DNA of 64,000 nucleotides, taken from the NCBI GenBank assembly GCA_951406725.2, contig OX597821.1:92070001-92134000 (forward strand). Direction: 5' to 3'. Shown one piece after another: positions 12,476 through 26,747 of the stretch. A program made the position numbers and the translations under genes. How positions within the stretch are numbered: the stretch's first letter is position 1; every line of letters begins with the position of its first letter. The stretch comes from Octopus vulgaris (Eukaryota). The notes under the pieces are model-generated. The model was given only the letters and a program-made list of their open reading frames with translations, did not search any database and was not told where the DNA came from.

Positions 12476-13739
12476 TTGGGTCATTCCATAAATAATGTGG
12501 GTTTTTTTCGATTACCTGAACTAAAAGTCGGAGGGGCACGGGATAAACTACCTGCATGAACTTGCTATAAAAGTAGTTAGTAATTTTATCTTATACTTAT
12601 TCTTAGTGCAAGTTTTGGAGAGTGCAGATTTATTTTAACAATTATTTTTTCAAAAATAAAATGGAAGTGACAAAGGAGCATATTCAGCATATTTTGCTTT
12701 ATAAGTTCAATAAAGTCAACAACATAGAAAGTGAGAAATATTAATGCAGTATATAGGGGTCAGACAATAAGTATAAGCCAGTGTCAACAATGGTTCCAGA
12801 AATTCCAAGCTGGAAACTACAGCCTAGAAAATGAGCCTCACCCTGGAAGATCTGTAGAGCTTGACAAGGACATCCTGCAAATCCTGGTGAAACAAAATCC
12901 CATTGTAACTATTGAGGAACTAGCAGAGAAGCTTGGATTTGGTTATTCCACCATTCATCAACACCTGTGTTCCATCGGAAAAGCCAGCAAATTGGGTCAA
13001 TGGGGTCCTCGCAATCTTTCTGAGTCTAATCATGCACAGAGGGTGAATGTGTGTTTGTCTTTGGTGTCATGTCTCATGAATGAACCATTTTTGGATCGAA
13101 TAGGGACTGATGATGGAAAATGGGTTCTATATAAAAATGTCAAGTGCCAAAGACAGTGGGCAGGGAAAGGAGAAACACCAGTACTCCAGACTAAAGAAGG
13201 TCTTTACACATGTAATGTGTTGTTATCTGTTTGGTGGGATATGAAAGGTTTAGTGTACTTTAAACTTTAAAATCCAAACCAAATGATAACAAAGGAGATA
13301 TACTGTGAGCAGCTTGAGTGGCTTAAGTCAGTACTAGAAGAAAAACGGCCAACTTTGATTTCAAGATGAAATGTGATCTTTAATCAAGATAATGATAAGG
13401 ATGACATTCCAATGGCTGGAGCAGTTTGAATGGGAAATGATACTCCACCCATCATATTCACGGGACATTTCCCCATCTGATTATCATTTATTCCATAGTC
13501 TTCAAAATCATTTGAGCAGAAAAAAATATGAATTCTGTAGACAAGGTCAAAACAGTACTGGAGGAGAATTTTTGTTGAGTGAATTTTGGAAAAGGGCCTT
13601 GCAAGCCTACCAGATAGGTGGAAGAGCATTGTAGAAGATGATGGAGCATATATTTTAGATTAAAAGAGAACTTTGCTTATCTTAATTTTGAGAAATACAA
13701 GAAGTATAAAAATAATGCATTATTTATGGAAGGAACCAA
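12476..13739 (+). mobile_element. Full-length mariner (DD34D) element
   Basis: TIRs TTGGGTCATTCCATAAATAATG / CATTATTTATGGAAGGAACCAA with TA at both ends. Confidence 0.92.
12661..13663 (+). pseudogene. Mariner transposase pseudogene
   Basis: MEVTKEHIQHILLY..., WGPRNL (WVPHEL), TDDGKW (TGDEKW), YSRDISPSDYHLF (YSPDLAPSDYHLF); frameshifts and stops. Confidence 0.92.
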
Positions 13740-13844
13740 TATATATGTATGTATGAGTAGATAGACAGATAAATATAGATAGATAGATAGATAGATAAAT
13801 AGATAGATGTAAAGACAGATAGATAGATTGATACACACACACAT

Positions 13845-13879
<35 letters not shown>

Positions 13880-13966
13880 TTAACGTCCACTGATTATAAT
13901 GATGAGATGATATGTGTGTGTGTATCAATCTATTTATCTGTCTTTATATCTATCTATCTATATCTA

Positions 13967-14005
<39 letters not shown>

Positions 14006-14016
14006 TTATCTATCTA

Positions 14017-14060
<44 letters not shown>

Positions 14061-14417
14061 CATACACATGTGTGTGTCTGTATTCACACATTCTGATATA
14101 TAAGAAATAACCACTATCTTCCATATATATCTCAGTAGTATCAATATTTTAAGAGAAATAATTTCTTAGCACTTACTAACAAACTATTAAAGTCTTTAGG
14201 GAAATGGTTTGAAGTGCAGTCACATAAAGTAGGTTCCTTTCAGCTCCTACCTAAAGGTATATGTAAGCACACACACATACGTATCTATGTAAGCATCCAT
14301 AGATACATATGCGCTTACACACATACAATATATATATATATATATATACACATACATGTATATACATATGCACTTACACACATACAATATATATATATAT
14401 ATATATACACATACATG

Positions 14418-14461
<44 letters not shown>

Positions 14462-14531
14462 TATACATATATATATATGTATGTGTATATATATATATAT
14501 GTGTATATACTATATATATATATGTATTGTG

Positions 14532-14602
<71 letters not shown>

Positions 14603-14626
14603 GTCTGTATATATATATATACATAT

Positions 14627-15044
14627 AGGAGTGGCTGTGTGGTAAGTAGCTTGCTAACCAACCACATGGTCCCAGGTTCAGTCCCACTGCGTGGCATCTT
14701 GGGCAAGTGTCTTCTACTATAGCCCCGGGCCGACCAATGCCTTGTGAGTGGATTTGGTAGACGGAAACTGAAAGAAGCCTGTCGTATATATGTATATATA
14801 TATATGTATGTATGTATGTGTGTGTTTGTGTGTCTGCTGTGTTTGTCCCCCTAGCATTGCTTGACAACCGATGCTGGTGTGTTTATGTCCCCGTAACTTA
14901 GCGGTTCGGCAAAAGAGACCGATAGATTAAGTACTGGGCTTACAAAGAATAAGTCCCGGGTTCGAGTTGCTCGACTAAAGGCGGTGCTCCAGCATGGCCG
15001 CAGTCAAAATGACTGAAACAAGTAAAAGAAAGTAAAAGAAAGAA
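14627..15044 (+). mobile_element. SINE-A, full length
   Basis: Homology to other SINE-A copies. Confidence 0.92.
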
Positions 15045-15410
15045 AGGGTGTGATGGGTAAATTGTCACCATTTTATACTTTTAATTTCACACATTTGATT
15101 TGTATGTTTTTAATTTTGTCAACTACACAGTATAGTAGAGTCATTTGGGCACTGTCTGTGAGAAAAACAGCACCATGACACAATTCACTTTGCCAGAAAT
15201 TTGGAAATGAGGTGTTGTACTGCATGGCATTCACACTGGAACCTCTAATATGAACATTTCAGAGTGTTGTAGGGGAGTCAATCTGAGGACAGTGCAATCT
15301 GAGGACATGTACCAAGAGTGATAAAAATCAAACATCCACTCAACATCATCTCGTTTGGAGTGATCATGAGTGATGGCAACATTATGCCTCTATTCATCTT
15401 TCCACAACAT
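15045..15410 (+). mobile_element. maT/DD37D-like element, internally deleted 5' fragment
   Basis: Starts AGGGTGTGATGGGTAAATTGTCACC (TIR-like); encodes KIKHPLNIISFGVIMSDGNIMPLFIFP. Confidence 0.6.
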
Positions 15411-15439
15411 AGAGCCCTACTTAACCACCAAATCTATAA

Positions 15440-15600
15440 GTTTTTCATTCTCTCTGTGTTTATTTTCTCTTATTCCTTTCTGTTGAAGAGCATAGGCTGG
15501 AAACGTAAAAGACTTTTTCATTTTCCTGTGCATCAAACGAATACACTTACTTGTTATTTATACACCTGCTTTTGTCTTTTGCTTTTCTATAAATTTCATC
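15440..15600 (+). repeat. Penelope-like terminal fragment with hammerhead-like motif (15476-15511)
   Basis: CUUU-CUGUUGA-A-GAGC-AUAG-GCUG-GAA-ACGU-A-AAAG; same family as 24910-25230. Confidence 0.55.
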
Positions 15601-15602
15601 TC

Positions 15603-15662
<60 letters not shown>

Positions 15663-15896
15663 GGCATGGCTATGTGGCTAAGAAGCACACTTTGAAACTA
15701 CATGGCTTCAGATTTAATCTTACTGCATGGCACCTTCAGCAAGTATCTTCTACGATAGGTCAAGGATGATTGATGAGTGAATTTGGTAGATGAAAACTGT
15801 ACAGAAGTTCTGGGCTCAAATTGTTCAAGTACATCCTTTAAGGTCATGCCCCAGTATGGCCACAGTCCAACCATGGAAACAAGTAAAAGATAAAAG

Positions 15897-15930
<34 letters not shown>

Positions 15931-15937
<7 letters not shown>

Positions 15938-16232
15938 ATCACGTGACCGACCAGACCATCAGATGTTGTTACACATCGCTGGTCACAATGCGTTCGCATT
16001 GTTTTATGCCTTCGAATGATGCCACCCCGCTGGCTAAGCGAGCAGGCCAACAGAAGAAAGTGGGAGAAAGAGTGGTGAAAGAGTATAGCAGGGATCACCA
16101 CCCCCTGCCGGAGCCTCGTGGAGCTTTAAGGTGTTTTCGCTCAATAAACACTCACAACGACCGGTCTGGGAATCGAAACCGTGATCCTACGACCACGAGT
16201 CTGCTGCCCTGACCACTAGGCCATTGCACCTC

Positions 16233-16235
<3 letters not shown>
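15931..16235 (-). mobile_element. SINE-D with a third tail type
   Basis: Head as in 18115-18498; tail ends GGTCACGTGATCACGTGA; inserted in (TA)n. Confidence 0.85.
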
Positions 16236-16273
<38 letters not shown>

Positions 16274-16720
16274 TTATATCCATATACATGTGTGCAGACA
16301 CTCAGGGGATTGGTGGAAAATTCTGTATATTATCTCTAATTTGTAATAACGTTTTCATGTGTTCTCTCAGTTTCTCTCACTATCTGTTTATATCGTCTTT
16401 CTAACTGTCTTTCACCTCAATAGGCAGACTTATTTATTTCATTACTTGCTCCACGATCAAAGACATCTCCAAAAGATTCCAAGATAAGAATTTTTAAGCC
16501 TTGTGATTTCGCTATTATTTGATCATCAGCACTAACATATCATCATCATCTTCATCATCATCATTAATGTTTTTATTGGAAAATTTACTGATAGAAATAC
16601 TATTAATAGTATTATCCATGTTGTGATTCAAGGGCCAAGCAGAAAACCATGTGAAGTCTCTTTAAGTTCTAATATTTCCATATGCTCTCTCTCTCTTTCT
16701 GTCTCTACCTCTGACTCTTT

Positions 16721-17215
<495 letters not shown>

Positions 17216-17571
17216 TCTTCTCCCGACTTATCCTTCTCTTCAATAGTCAGTTACTTATTATATTATTTGCTCCATAACCAAAAACATTGCTAAAACATAG
17301 CAAGATAAGAAACTTTAAGCTTAACTTGATTTTCACCCATTCTAGTAAATTGTTATTAATTTTTCTTATTATCAATGTTTCAGTTAGAATATTCATTGAC
17401 AAAATTATATCAATAATGATATTTGTATTGTGATACTGGAGACTAACAGAAATAGTGTACACCACCCTTCTGTGTTTCACTCACTAGTTTCTGAAAAGCC
17501 CATTCATAATAATTCCCTTGGTAACTAGTGATGGCCCCATTTTCATGCCATTTAAAGCATGAATGTCAAAT

Positions 17572-17886
17572 TGGCACGTAAAAAGCACCATCTGATCGTG
17601 GCCATTGCCAGCCTCGCCTGGCCTCCGTGCCGGTGGCATGTAAAAAGCACGATCCGACTGTGGCCGTTTGCCAGACTTGTCTGGCACCTGTGCAGGTGGC
17701 ACGTAAAAAGTACCCACTACCCTCATGGAGTGGTTGGCGTTAGGAAGGGCATCCAGCCGTAGAAACATTGCCAGATCAGACTGGGCCTGGTGCAGCCTTC
17801 TGGCTTCCCACATCCCAGTTGCACCATCCAACCCATGCCAGCATGGAAAGCAGACGCTAAACGATGATGATGATGATGATGATGAC
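17572..17886 (+). mobile_element. Element C with three ~60-bp internal repeats
   Basis: GGCACGTAAAAAGCACC-type units, GGTTGGCGTTAGGAAGGGCATCCAGC, (GAT)n tail. Confidence 0.88.
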
Positions 17887-18114
17887 CCAATACGTAATTG
17901 ATTATTAGTAAAAGTTAGTTTGTGAATGAGAGAATAATAAACAAATCAGTTAAAGATGGAAATGGTTAATCATGGGTGAAAAAACCTCGAATGTGATCAC
18001 ATGGCATCAGGTACTCTCTTCATTTCAAATGCCCAAAATAATTACCAATCCATTCACCAAAATCCTCCTTCTTCCTGTCTGGTTTCAGACTCTAGAATCG
18101 TCACAACAACATTG

Positions 18115-18498
18115 GGAAGCACTCCGTCGGTTATGACGACGAGGGTTCCAGTTGATCCGAATCAACGGAACAGCCTACTCATGAAATTAACGTGTAAGTG
18201 GCTGAGCACTCCACAGACACGTGTACCCTTAACGTAGTTCTCGGGGATATTCAGCATGACACAGAGAGTGACAAGGCCGGCCCTTTGAAATACAGGTACA
18301 ACAGAAACAGGAAGTAAGAGTGAGAGAAAGTTGTGGTGAAAGAGTACAGCAGGGATCACCACCATCCCCTGCCGGAGCCTTCGTGGAGCTTTAGGTGTTT
18401 TCGCTCAATAAACACTCACAACGCCCGGTCTGGAAATCGAAACCCGCGATTCTATGACCGCGAGTCCGCTGCCCTAACCACTGGGCCATTGCGCCTCT
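18115..18498 (-). mobile_element. SINE-D, full length, 12-bp TSD
   Basis: ACAACAACATTG at 18103-18114 and 18499-18510; tRNA-like head. Confidence 0.9.
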
Positions 18499-18720
18499 AC
18501 AACAACATTGACACAACAAGTAAAATAGGAAAGGCTGAAGAAATGCTGAAGTAAAGATGGTTAGCTTCAAGTATTATATATGAGAGACAAAATGAAAGGT
18601 TTCATCAACCTTCTCACAAACCAAAATAACAAGTTGAATATTCTTCAGTGGAAGTGAGCATATTGTTAGAAGAAAATGTATAGATTAGGTTAGCTAAGTT
18701 TTGTCATCAATAACATAATA

Positions 18721-19122
18721 CTCTTTACTCTTTTACTTGTTTCAGTCATTTGACTGTGGCCATGCTGGAGCACCACCTTTTTAGTCGAGCAAATCGCCCC
18801 CAGGACTTATTCTTTGTAAGCCCAGTACTTATTCTTTCGGTCTCTTTTGCCGAACCACTAAGTTACGGGGACCTAAACATACCAGCATTGGTTGTCAAGC
18901 AATGTTGGGGTACAAACACAGACACACACATATATATATATATATACATATATATATATGACAGGCTTCTTTCAGTTTCCGCCTACCAAATCCACTCACA
19001 AGGCTTTGATCGGCCCGAGGCTATAGTAGAAGATACTTGCCCAAGGTGCCATGCAGTGGGACTGAACTCGGAACCATGCGGTTGGTAAGCAAGCTACTTA
19101 CCACACAGCCACTCCTACGCCT
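18721..19122 (-). mobile_element. SINE-A, full length
   Basis: Homology to other SINE-A copies. Confidence 0.9.
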
Positions 19123-19458
19123 GTGAACATTATCTCTGCATATGCACCTCAATCAGGGATAAAAAAATCATCAAAATTTTTTAATTCTATGGGTCTTTGC
19201 ATATTGATTCTAGTTTGAGGGTAGATTAAAGAACCCAGAGACAAAAATGAATCCGGAAAAGGAAGATATTGAAACTTAAATTGACATCAACCAGCTATAG
19301 GTTGATGCAAAAGTAGGGGACAAATCGTAAAGAAACTTTTACTTCTACATTTTCAGTCACATATTGAAACACTGTTATCTGATACCAACAGAAAAGAATT
19401 GCCTTACTTTCTAAATATTAAGAAAGTTCTGACAAAATACTTTGCTGAGCCAAATGGT

Positions 19459-19662
19459 TCTTCTTCTTCTTCTTCTTCTCCACCTCCTCCTCCTCCTCTC
19501 CTCCTTCCCACCCTCCACCTCCTCTCCTCCTTCTCACCCTCCACCTCCTCCTTCCTCTCCACCACCTCCTCCTTCTTCTCCCTCCTCCTCCTCACCCCTT
19601 CCCCTCATCCTCCTCTTTCTTCTCCCCCTGCCCCCTCCTCCTTTTTCTTCTTCTTCTTCTCT
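19459..19662. repeat. Polypyrimidine (CTT/CCT) low-complexity tract
   Basis: Direct inspection. Confidence 0.9.
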
Positions 19663-19929
19663 CACTTTTGATAACTTAACACATTCATTTACATTGAGGT
19701 TATTTAGTTCATTTGATACTAATAAATGACCACCAATAATACTAAATGTCTAAAAATATACTTTGATTCAAAGGAAAATATTCCGCCAGATGTCTTCATT
19801 AATTCTTAAATTTTTTTCCCCCCATGTCTATCACATCATCTCTAAGGACTGTTTTCTGAAGATGCAGAAAAACCATTTCTCTTTTCCTGATAACCTCTCA
19901 TTGTACAACTGAATCGTTTTCCACTGCTC

Positions 19930-20260
19930 ACGATAATGTTGCTCCCATGGCACAACCACCCGTTTTCCATCAGCTGTTGGAATTTCTTTACCGCAGCTCA
20001 TTAAAAAAAACTTTACCGCAGTTTCTTCCTCTTATAGGTTTTCTAGACACAAATTATTCCTAGATCCCATGATTGTAAACCTGCAGTGTAATTTGGTGGC
20101 AAATACTCGACTTGATTGTTATCAAAATGAAGCACTTTGCTATGTACAGAGCAATTATCTAACAATGAAATTCTCTAGTTATCTTCTTCATTTTCTTGTT
20201 TGGTTCATTTAGACAAACATCTCTCTCTTCATCCATATTTAACCAGAAAATATTTTATGT
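19930..20260 (-). pseudogene. Decayed pogo/Tigger-like DDE transposase fragment
   Basis: Minus strand reads LDNCSVH and PPNYTAGLQSWDLGII..KTYKRK (cf. LDNxxxH, PPNTTSxLQPLDxGII). Confidence 0.55.
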
Positions 20261-20802
20261 TTTTGTAATATTTTAGATTTTTTTACACTTCTTATAACAA
20301 TGGCAAATCATTTCTCACTTCCCATTGTGTTACAGCAAACAAAAATACTTGATGTTGTTTTCTCTTCTTTCTTCCTTTGCTGGAATTTTATTTGGCTACT
20401 AGAATACTATGAGGTAACAACATTAAATAAGTCTTCTTTTTTGTAAGAAGTAATATTTATTCATTTCCCTTCCATTCTATTTATTTTTTGTACTGAGACA
20501 TCAGGTCCATCACCACAGACCACTGTGGTTTCATAGCAATCATACAATCAAGTGAACCATTCAATGCTGACCTGAAAATCCAAGTGGCTCAAAAGTATTC
20601 CTGTATAAAAACCTTTTAAATAAGTGTCCCACTAACTGAAATGTTTATTTACCTTTGGTTAGTAAACCAGAGAAAACTGCTTCATCAGTATCTTCAGAAC
20701 ATTACCGTCCTTAACCGTTTTCATCGCAGGCCAAAATTTTCGTTTTTGATTTTTCTGTAACTTTAGATTGATCCATAATAGCTCTAGCAGATAGTTTAAT
20801 AC

Positions 20803-21033
20803 CTATTTCTTTACTACCCACAAGGGGCTAAACACAGAGAGGACAAACAAGGACAGACAAACGGATTAAGTCGATATAATCATCGACCCAAGTGAGTAAC
20901 CGGTACTTATTTAATCGACCCCGAAAGGATGAAAGGCAAAGTCGACCTCGGCGGAATTTGAATTCAGAACGTAGTGGCAGACGAAATAACGCTAGGCATT
21001 TCGCTTGGTGTGCTAACATTCTGCCAGCTCGCC
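20803..21033 (-). mobile_element. SINE-B subtype with 14-bp TSD
   Basis: AGATAGTTTAATAC at 20789-20802 and 21034-21047. Confidence 0.9.
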
Positions 21034-21134
21034 AGATAGTTTAATACTGATGGGATGATGCTAAACAGCAATGCACTGACATTTTTCTTTTAACCTCAGT
21101 ATCAAAGACTTTCAGATTTATCAAGTTTTCTGTA

Positions 21135-21300
21135 TGGCGTTAGGAAGGGCATCCAGCTGTAGAAACTCTGCTAGATCAGATTGGAGCCTGGTGCAACCAT
21201 CTGGTTCGCCAGTCCTTAGTCAAATCATCCAACCCATGTTAGCATAGAAAGCGGACATTAAACGACAGTGACGATGATGATGATGATGATGATGATGATA
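21135..21300 (+). mobile_element. Element C, 5'-truncated
   Basis: TGGCGTTAGGAAGGGCATCC...(GAT)n. Confidence 0.8.
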
Positions 21301-21849
21301 ATGGTAAACAAAATGTCACTTTTCTTCGTCTTTGTTTTCCATGATTTACATAAAGTCTTTACTTTAATGCTTGTTGCCACATCAGCCTGGCTGTCCCATA
21401 CAGAACTATGTCACTAGATTTTAACCCCAGGCAAACATCTTTTCCAGCTGGTTAACAACACACAACCTCTGTCTGATATATTGCAAGTAAGGGGACAAAC
21501 TACTCCCCTCCAGTATAGTAAGACCTGTAGACCAGACTGGTTTATGGGTGCCTACCAATCCTCAGTAACATTGTTCTGCATGGAACAGCTATACAAAAGT
21601 GGCAACAAGCATTACTGCTTAATATTGTTATTACTGGTATCTCTTAGAGAATTGAGAACTCACTACTCATCTTTTACTTTACTATCAAAAATAGAAATTT
21701 TACAAAACAAAAACAAAAGCAGTCAAAGCAGCCAACTTTGTTTATTTGTTTAAGTTGTTTTTGTGCATATGTACAAGAAATATGCAAGTATGAATGGGAT
21801 AAAAGTTCACAGGTAATTAGTCAATGGAAAATTTTCTTTAAATATTTGT

Positions 21850-22080
21850 AACTTTCTTTTACTTTCTTTTACTTGTTTCAGTCATTTGACTGTAGCCATG
21901 CTGGAGCACCGCCTTTAGTATTCTTTGTAAGCTTCTTTCAGTTTCTGTCTACCAAATCCACTCACAAGGCTTTGGTCAGCCAGAGGCTATAGTAGAAGAC
22001 ACTTGCCCAAGGTGCCACGCAGTGGGACTGAACCCGGAACCATGTGGTTGGTAAGCAAAGCTACTTACCACACAGCCACA
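21850..22080 (-). mobile_element. SINE-A with internal deletion
   Basis: Tail joined to head, middle and microsatellite missing. Confidence 0.85.
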
Positions 22081-22087
22081 CCATTAA

Positions 22088-22307
22088 CCCTTTTGATACC
22101 ACACCACCTGAAACTACCTGGCTCTGTTGTACAAATATCTTGTTTTCATAAGTTTTGAATAAGAATCTTCCATCAAACCTCAGTCACAATTTATGTTCCT
22201 AACACTAGCTTAATGATAACTAAGTTATTTTACTAAATTCTTTGTTATATTTAAAATTATTTGAAAGAAGCGCAAAGTATCTCAAAAGAAATACAGTAAC
22301 AAAAGGG
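22088..22307. mobile_element. piggyBac-type MITE
   Basis: TTAA|CCCTTTTGATAC...GTAACAAAAGGG|TTAA. Confidence 0.85.
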
Positions 22308-22894
22308 TTAACAATATATGTTTTAGTCTAGTAAATCAGTATGTACTAGAATGGGATAATAATGCAAATAGAACATTGAATATGAAAAATAATAATAAAG
22401 ATGATATTGAAACTTTGCCTTTGAAAATACTGCACTTAATTAGTCCTTTTAGTACAGTTTAAGAACTTTACTAAGGCTTTAAAGAATAACAAAGTTATAA
22501 ATTATGTGTCCATTATGTTGGCATGTTGATGCTTGAATCAATATGTGTGTGTGATATTCAAATTACCACTTGAATAACGGTGTGGAGTTTTGAATGCATT
22601 TTGTGTTGCTTCGGCTGTCAATACATTGGTAAGATAGCATTTGTGCAAGGAGGAATAGGGTTGAAATTTTAGGATTTTTTTTTCCTTTGTTGAAGCAAAA
22701 AATTTTTGAATGCTAGGAATATTATTTTATTTCATTTTTTATAATGAATTTTATTATGGTGAAATTCATATGCTTTGTTTTAACACGCTGGTTATAACGA
22801 ACCTGTGAATTGGAAAAATTTCATTAAACTGAAAAATTCACAATAATTGTTTTCAGTGTAATAGAATTTCACGTGTATGTATTAAACACACATG

Positions 22895-22947
<53 letters not shown>

Positions 22948-23404
22948 ACATGTATATACATTCACATTTCAAACACATACATAGATATGTATGAATATAC
23001 AAATGTGTATCTATATGTGTGTGTGTGTGTGTGTGTGTAGGTGAATTAAGTGTGAGTGCCCACATATATACACATGTGTATGTATACACACACATACAGA
23101 AATTATTATCAACAGAATCTTAATTCAAAGTTTTAATTTAATTAGGAAATGAGTCATCAAATTAATTAGATACACTTATTGTCCCCAATGCCTGGTTTTT
23201 CTATTGAGAAATAAGGTATTTAAACTCTTGGAATGTCTTATGTTTGTGGAATGGTAAAATCAGTAAAACATCTGACAGTATTTATTCCTCTTTTTATACA
23301 TTCTGAATATGAGTGCTGCAGACATTGGCTTTGCCTTTTCTCTTTCTGGATGGGATGATAAAATATACATTAGGCAAGTACAAAATCTGTAACAAATTGT
23401 CTAA

Positions 23405-23600
23405 ATTGGTTTCAAATTTTGGCACAAGTCCAGCAGTTTTAGAGGAGGGGTAAATCAATTAAATCGACCCCAATGCTCAACTGGTACTTATTCTATCAAC
23501 CCTGAAAGGATGAAAGGCAAAAATCAACCTTGGCAGAGTTTGAACTCAGAACATAAATTCAGATGACTGTTGTACTAACAATTCTGCCAGCTCACCACCT
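23405..23600 (-). mobile_element. SINE-B
   Basis: Homology to other SINE-B copies. Confidence 0.85.
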
Positions 23601-23751
23601 AAGCCAAATATTTAAATTGCTACCTGTGTATATATATATCACACCAATTACAGGAATTCCTCTTTTGGTTCCCACCCAGCACTATCAATTTGGTGCTTGC
23701 ATTGTTAAGCTTGGCTTTTGGGGTTGGTAACGCAATTTTTAGGATCAAAAA

Positions 23752-24027
23752 TCAATGGAAATTGTAGTTGTGATACCAGTGCCGGTGGCACGTAAGAGAA
23801 CCATCTGAATGTGGCTGTTGCCAGCGCTGCCTCGACCGGTGGCACGTAAAAAGCGCCCACTACACTCACTGAGTGGTTGGTGTTAGGAGGGGAATCCAAC
23901 TGTAGAAACACTGCCAGATCAGACTGGGCCTGGTGCAGCCTCCTGGCTTCCAAGACCCCAGTCGAACCGTCCAACCCATGCTAGCATGGAAAGCAGACGT
24001 TAAACGATGATGATGATGATGATGATA
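23752..24027 (+). mobile_element. Element C
   Basis: Homology to other copies; (GAT)n tail. Confidence 0.85.
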
Positions 24028-24304
24028 ATGAGACAGGATTTGAGCACAAAAAAGACGACAGAGCTGAAATTCATACTTTAAGGCATTTCATCTGACGCTT
24101 TTACAATGTTGTTGATTCATTACCTTGGAGTAGTAATTTATTCATCTTCTATTTCTACTTGTTTCAATCACTGGACTGTGGCTATACTGGGGCACCACAT
24201 TGAGTGGGTTTTCATTGAACAAATCAACACCAGTTGTCATGTGGTAGAGGTGAACTAACACAGACAAAAAGAAACACACACACAGAGGTATATATATATA
24301 TATA

Positions 24305-24553
24305 TAAATTAGAAAAAAACACCTTTTATCAATTCAAAATGAACAATTAAATTACACCATCTAGAAAATAGAAATATTAAAATTAAAATAACAATAATAT
24401 ACCAAATATATACGTTTTTATTATTTTTTTGCAATTTACTTAATCTTCAGTATATTAGTGTTATTTTAATTTTAATATTTCTATTATATGTAATTTTCTG
24501 GATGGTGTAATTTAATTGTTCATTTTGAATTGATAAAAGATGTTTTTTTTCTA

Positions 24554-24560
<7 letters not shown>
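24305..24560. repeat. AT-rich inverted repeat embedded in (TA)n
   Basis: AATTAGAAAAAAACACCTTTTATCAATTCAAAATGAACAATTAAATTACACCATC and its reverse complement at about 24500-24556. Confidence 0.8.
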
Positions 24561-24604
<44 letters not shown>

Positions 24605-24688
24605 TTTGTGAAATTTGATTTAGTATTTCTAAATTGAATTTTTTCCTGTAAGTTAGGAATAATATTCCCTCAAATAATTATTATAATT

Positions 24689-24727
<39 letters not shown>

Positions 24728-24909
24728 GAAAAAATCCAGTGAAATCCGTGAAGGTCGAGTAAGTAGTTCCAGTGGTAATCCAGGTGGAATGCTGGTATGT
24801 GGATGAGGAAAGGTGCTGCAAGTTCAGGAAGTGGTTAAGATATGCAAGTCCAAAGTGTGGGATGTTCAGTCAGGATCAAACTAGGGTAATCACGTGAGCA
24901 TATAATATA

Positions 24910-25230
24910 TAGTTGAAATTTGTAGAAAAACAAAAGACGAGGACAAGTGTATTAGTTTGATGCTCAGGAAAAATGAAAAAGTCTTTTACATTTTGAGCCT
25001 ATGCTCTTCAACAGAAAGGAATAAGAGGAATTCAACAGAGAGAGAATAAAAATGCTGGACTGCTGAATCTACATGTTCTTTTTCATTCTCTCTCTGTTTC
25101 ATTCCCCTTCTCCATTTCAGTTGAGGAGCATTGGCTTGAAATGTAAAACACTTTTTCATTTTTCTTGAGTACACTTGCTTGTTGTTCATACACCTGTCTT
25201 TGTCTTTTGTTCTTCTATAAATTTCAACTA
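24910..25230. mobile_element. Penelope-like inverted repeat with decayed hammerhead-like motifs
   Basis: ATAGTTGAAATTT...AAATTTCAACTAT ends; HHR-like at 24983-25018 (-) and about 25114-25149 (+). Confidence 0.65.
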
Positions 25231-25526
25231 TATATATATATATATATATGTAGTGGCTGTGTGGTAAGTAGCTTGCTTGCCAGCCACATAGTTCCAGGTT
25301 CAGTCCCACTGCATGGCACCTTGGGCAAGTGTCTTCTACTATAGCCTCGGGCTGACCAAAGCCTTGTGAGTGGATTTCGTTGAAGGAAAATAAAAGAAGC
25401 CCGTTGTATACACACACACATACACACACGCACACATATATGTATACATAAATATATATATATATGTGTGTTTGTGTGTGTGTATGTGTGTATGTATATA
25501 TATATATAAATATACATATATACATA

Positions 25527-26747
25527 CAGGGGTTGGACAAAATAATGGAAACACCTAGCATCATCACATCATAATTCTGTCATAAAGCTTGTTTATGTTT
25601 TTTGATCTATTATTAGTGTTGCTTAATATGTTTTCCTAAAATTGCTGTTTCTTTTCAGATATCATCAGAAAAAAGTAATTAAAATTCATTAAAATGTCAG
25701 ATTTATTGGACTTTCAAGCAGATCAAATTGTTGGTGTTCATATGGCAGGTGCTAGCGTAATGAAAACAGCCAAAATGCTTGGTGTATCAAGAAGTACTGT
25801 CTTGAAAGTAATGACAGCCTTTGAGAAAGAGGGAAAAACCTTCTTGTCAAAACAAAACTCTAGAAGAAAACTAAAACTTTCAGATAGGGATCATCAGACT
25901 CTTATGCAAATTGTTAGAAAGGATCACAAAAGTACAGCTCCCAAAATTACTGCAGAGCTTAATGACCTCCTCGAGAACCCAGTTTCCACAGGAGCTGCAC
26001 AAGTCAGATTTTACGGGAGGGCTGTAATCAGAAAATCACTACTTTCAAAACCAAACGTTGCAAAGTGTTTAGAGTGGAGTAAAAACCTACAGAATTGGTC
26101 CCTAGTGCAGTGAAAGAGTGTTATTTTCATGAATGAGGCATCCTTCACCTCATTATACATGTGGAGACAGCCAAAAGAAGCATTTGACCCAGACTGCGTT
26201 CTTCCAAATGTTAAATATGGAGGAGGATCTGTGATGATCAGGGGGTGGGCTATATCTTGGAAATCCACCAGCCTGATGGTTTTCTTTCATGGCAGAATTA
26301 ATAGTCAAGACTATTTAAGCATTTTATCTAATCAAATTCGTCCTATGTTTGCAGAACTGTTTCCAGAGGGAAACGCAATCTTTCATGATGATAATGCACC
26401 ACTTTGCATAGCTAAAGTTGTTACTGAATGGTATGAAGAACATTCTAGTGAAGTTGAACATATTATCTGGCCACCAGAGTTCCCAGATCTTAATATTGTT
26501 GAACATTTATCATGCATTTTAGAAAAACAAGTAAGGAGTCAATATTCTCCACCATCATCACTACAAGAACTGGAGACTGTTTTAGCTGACGAATGGAGAA
26601 AAATTCCTTTGGAAACAATTCAGACTTCGTACAAGTCCATACCTCATAGAATTCAAGCAGTAATGACTGCCAAAGATGGTCCTACCCCATGTTAAAATAA
26701 ATTTGTTTGAAATTTGAAGATGCTTCCATTGTTTTGTTCAACCCCTG
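25527..26747 (+). mobile_element. Full-length Tc1 (DD34E) element
   Basis: TA|CAGGGGTTGGACAAAATAATGGAAACA...TTGTTCAACCCCTG|TA. Confidence 0.95.
25694..26695 (+). pseudogene. Tc1 transposase pseudogene
   Basis: HTH N-terminus, VKYGGGSVM, FHDDNAP, WPPEFPDLNIVEH; in-frame stop at 26111-26113 and first catalytic D changed to N. Confidence 0.93.
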
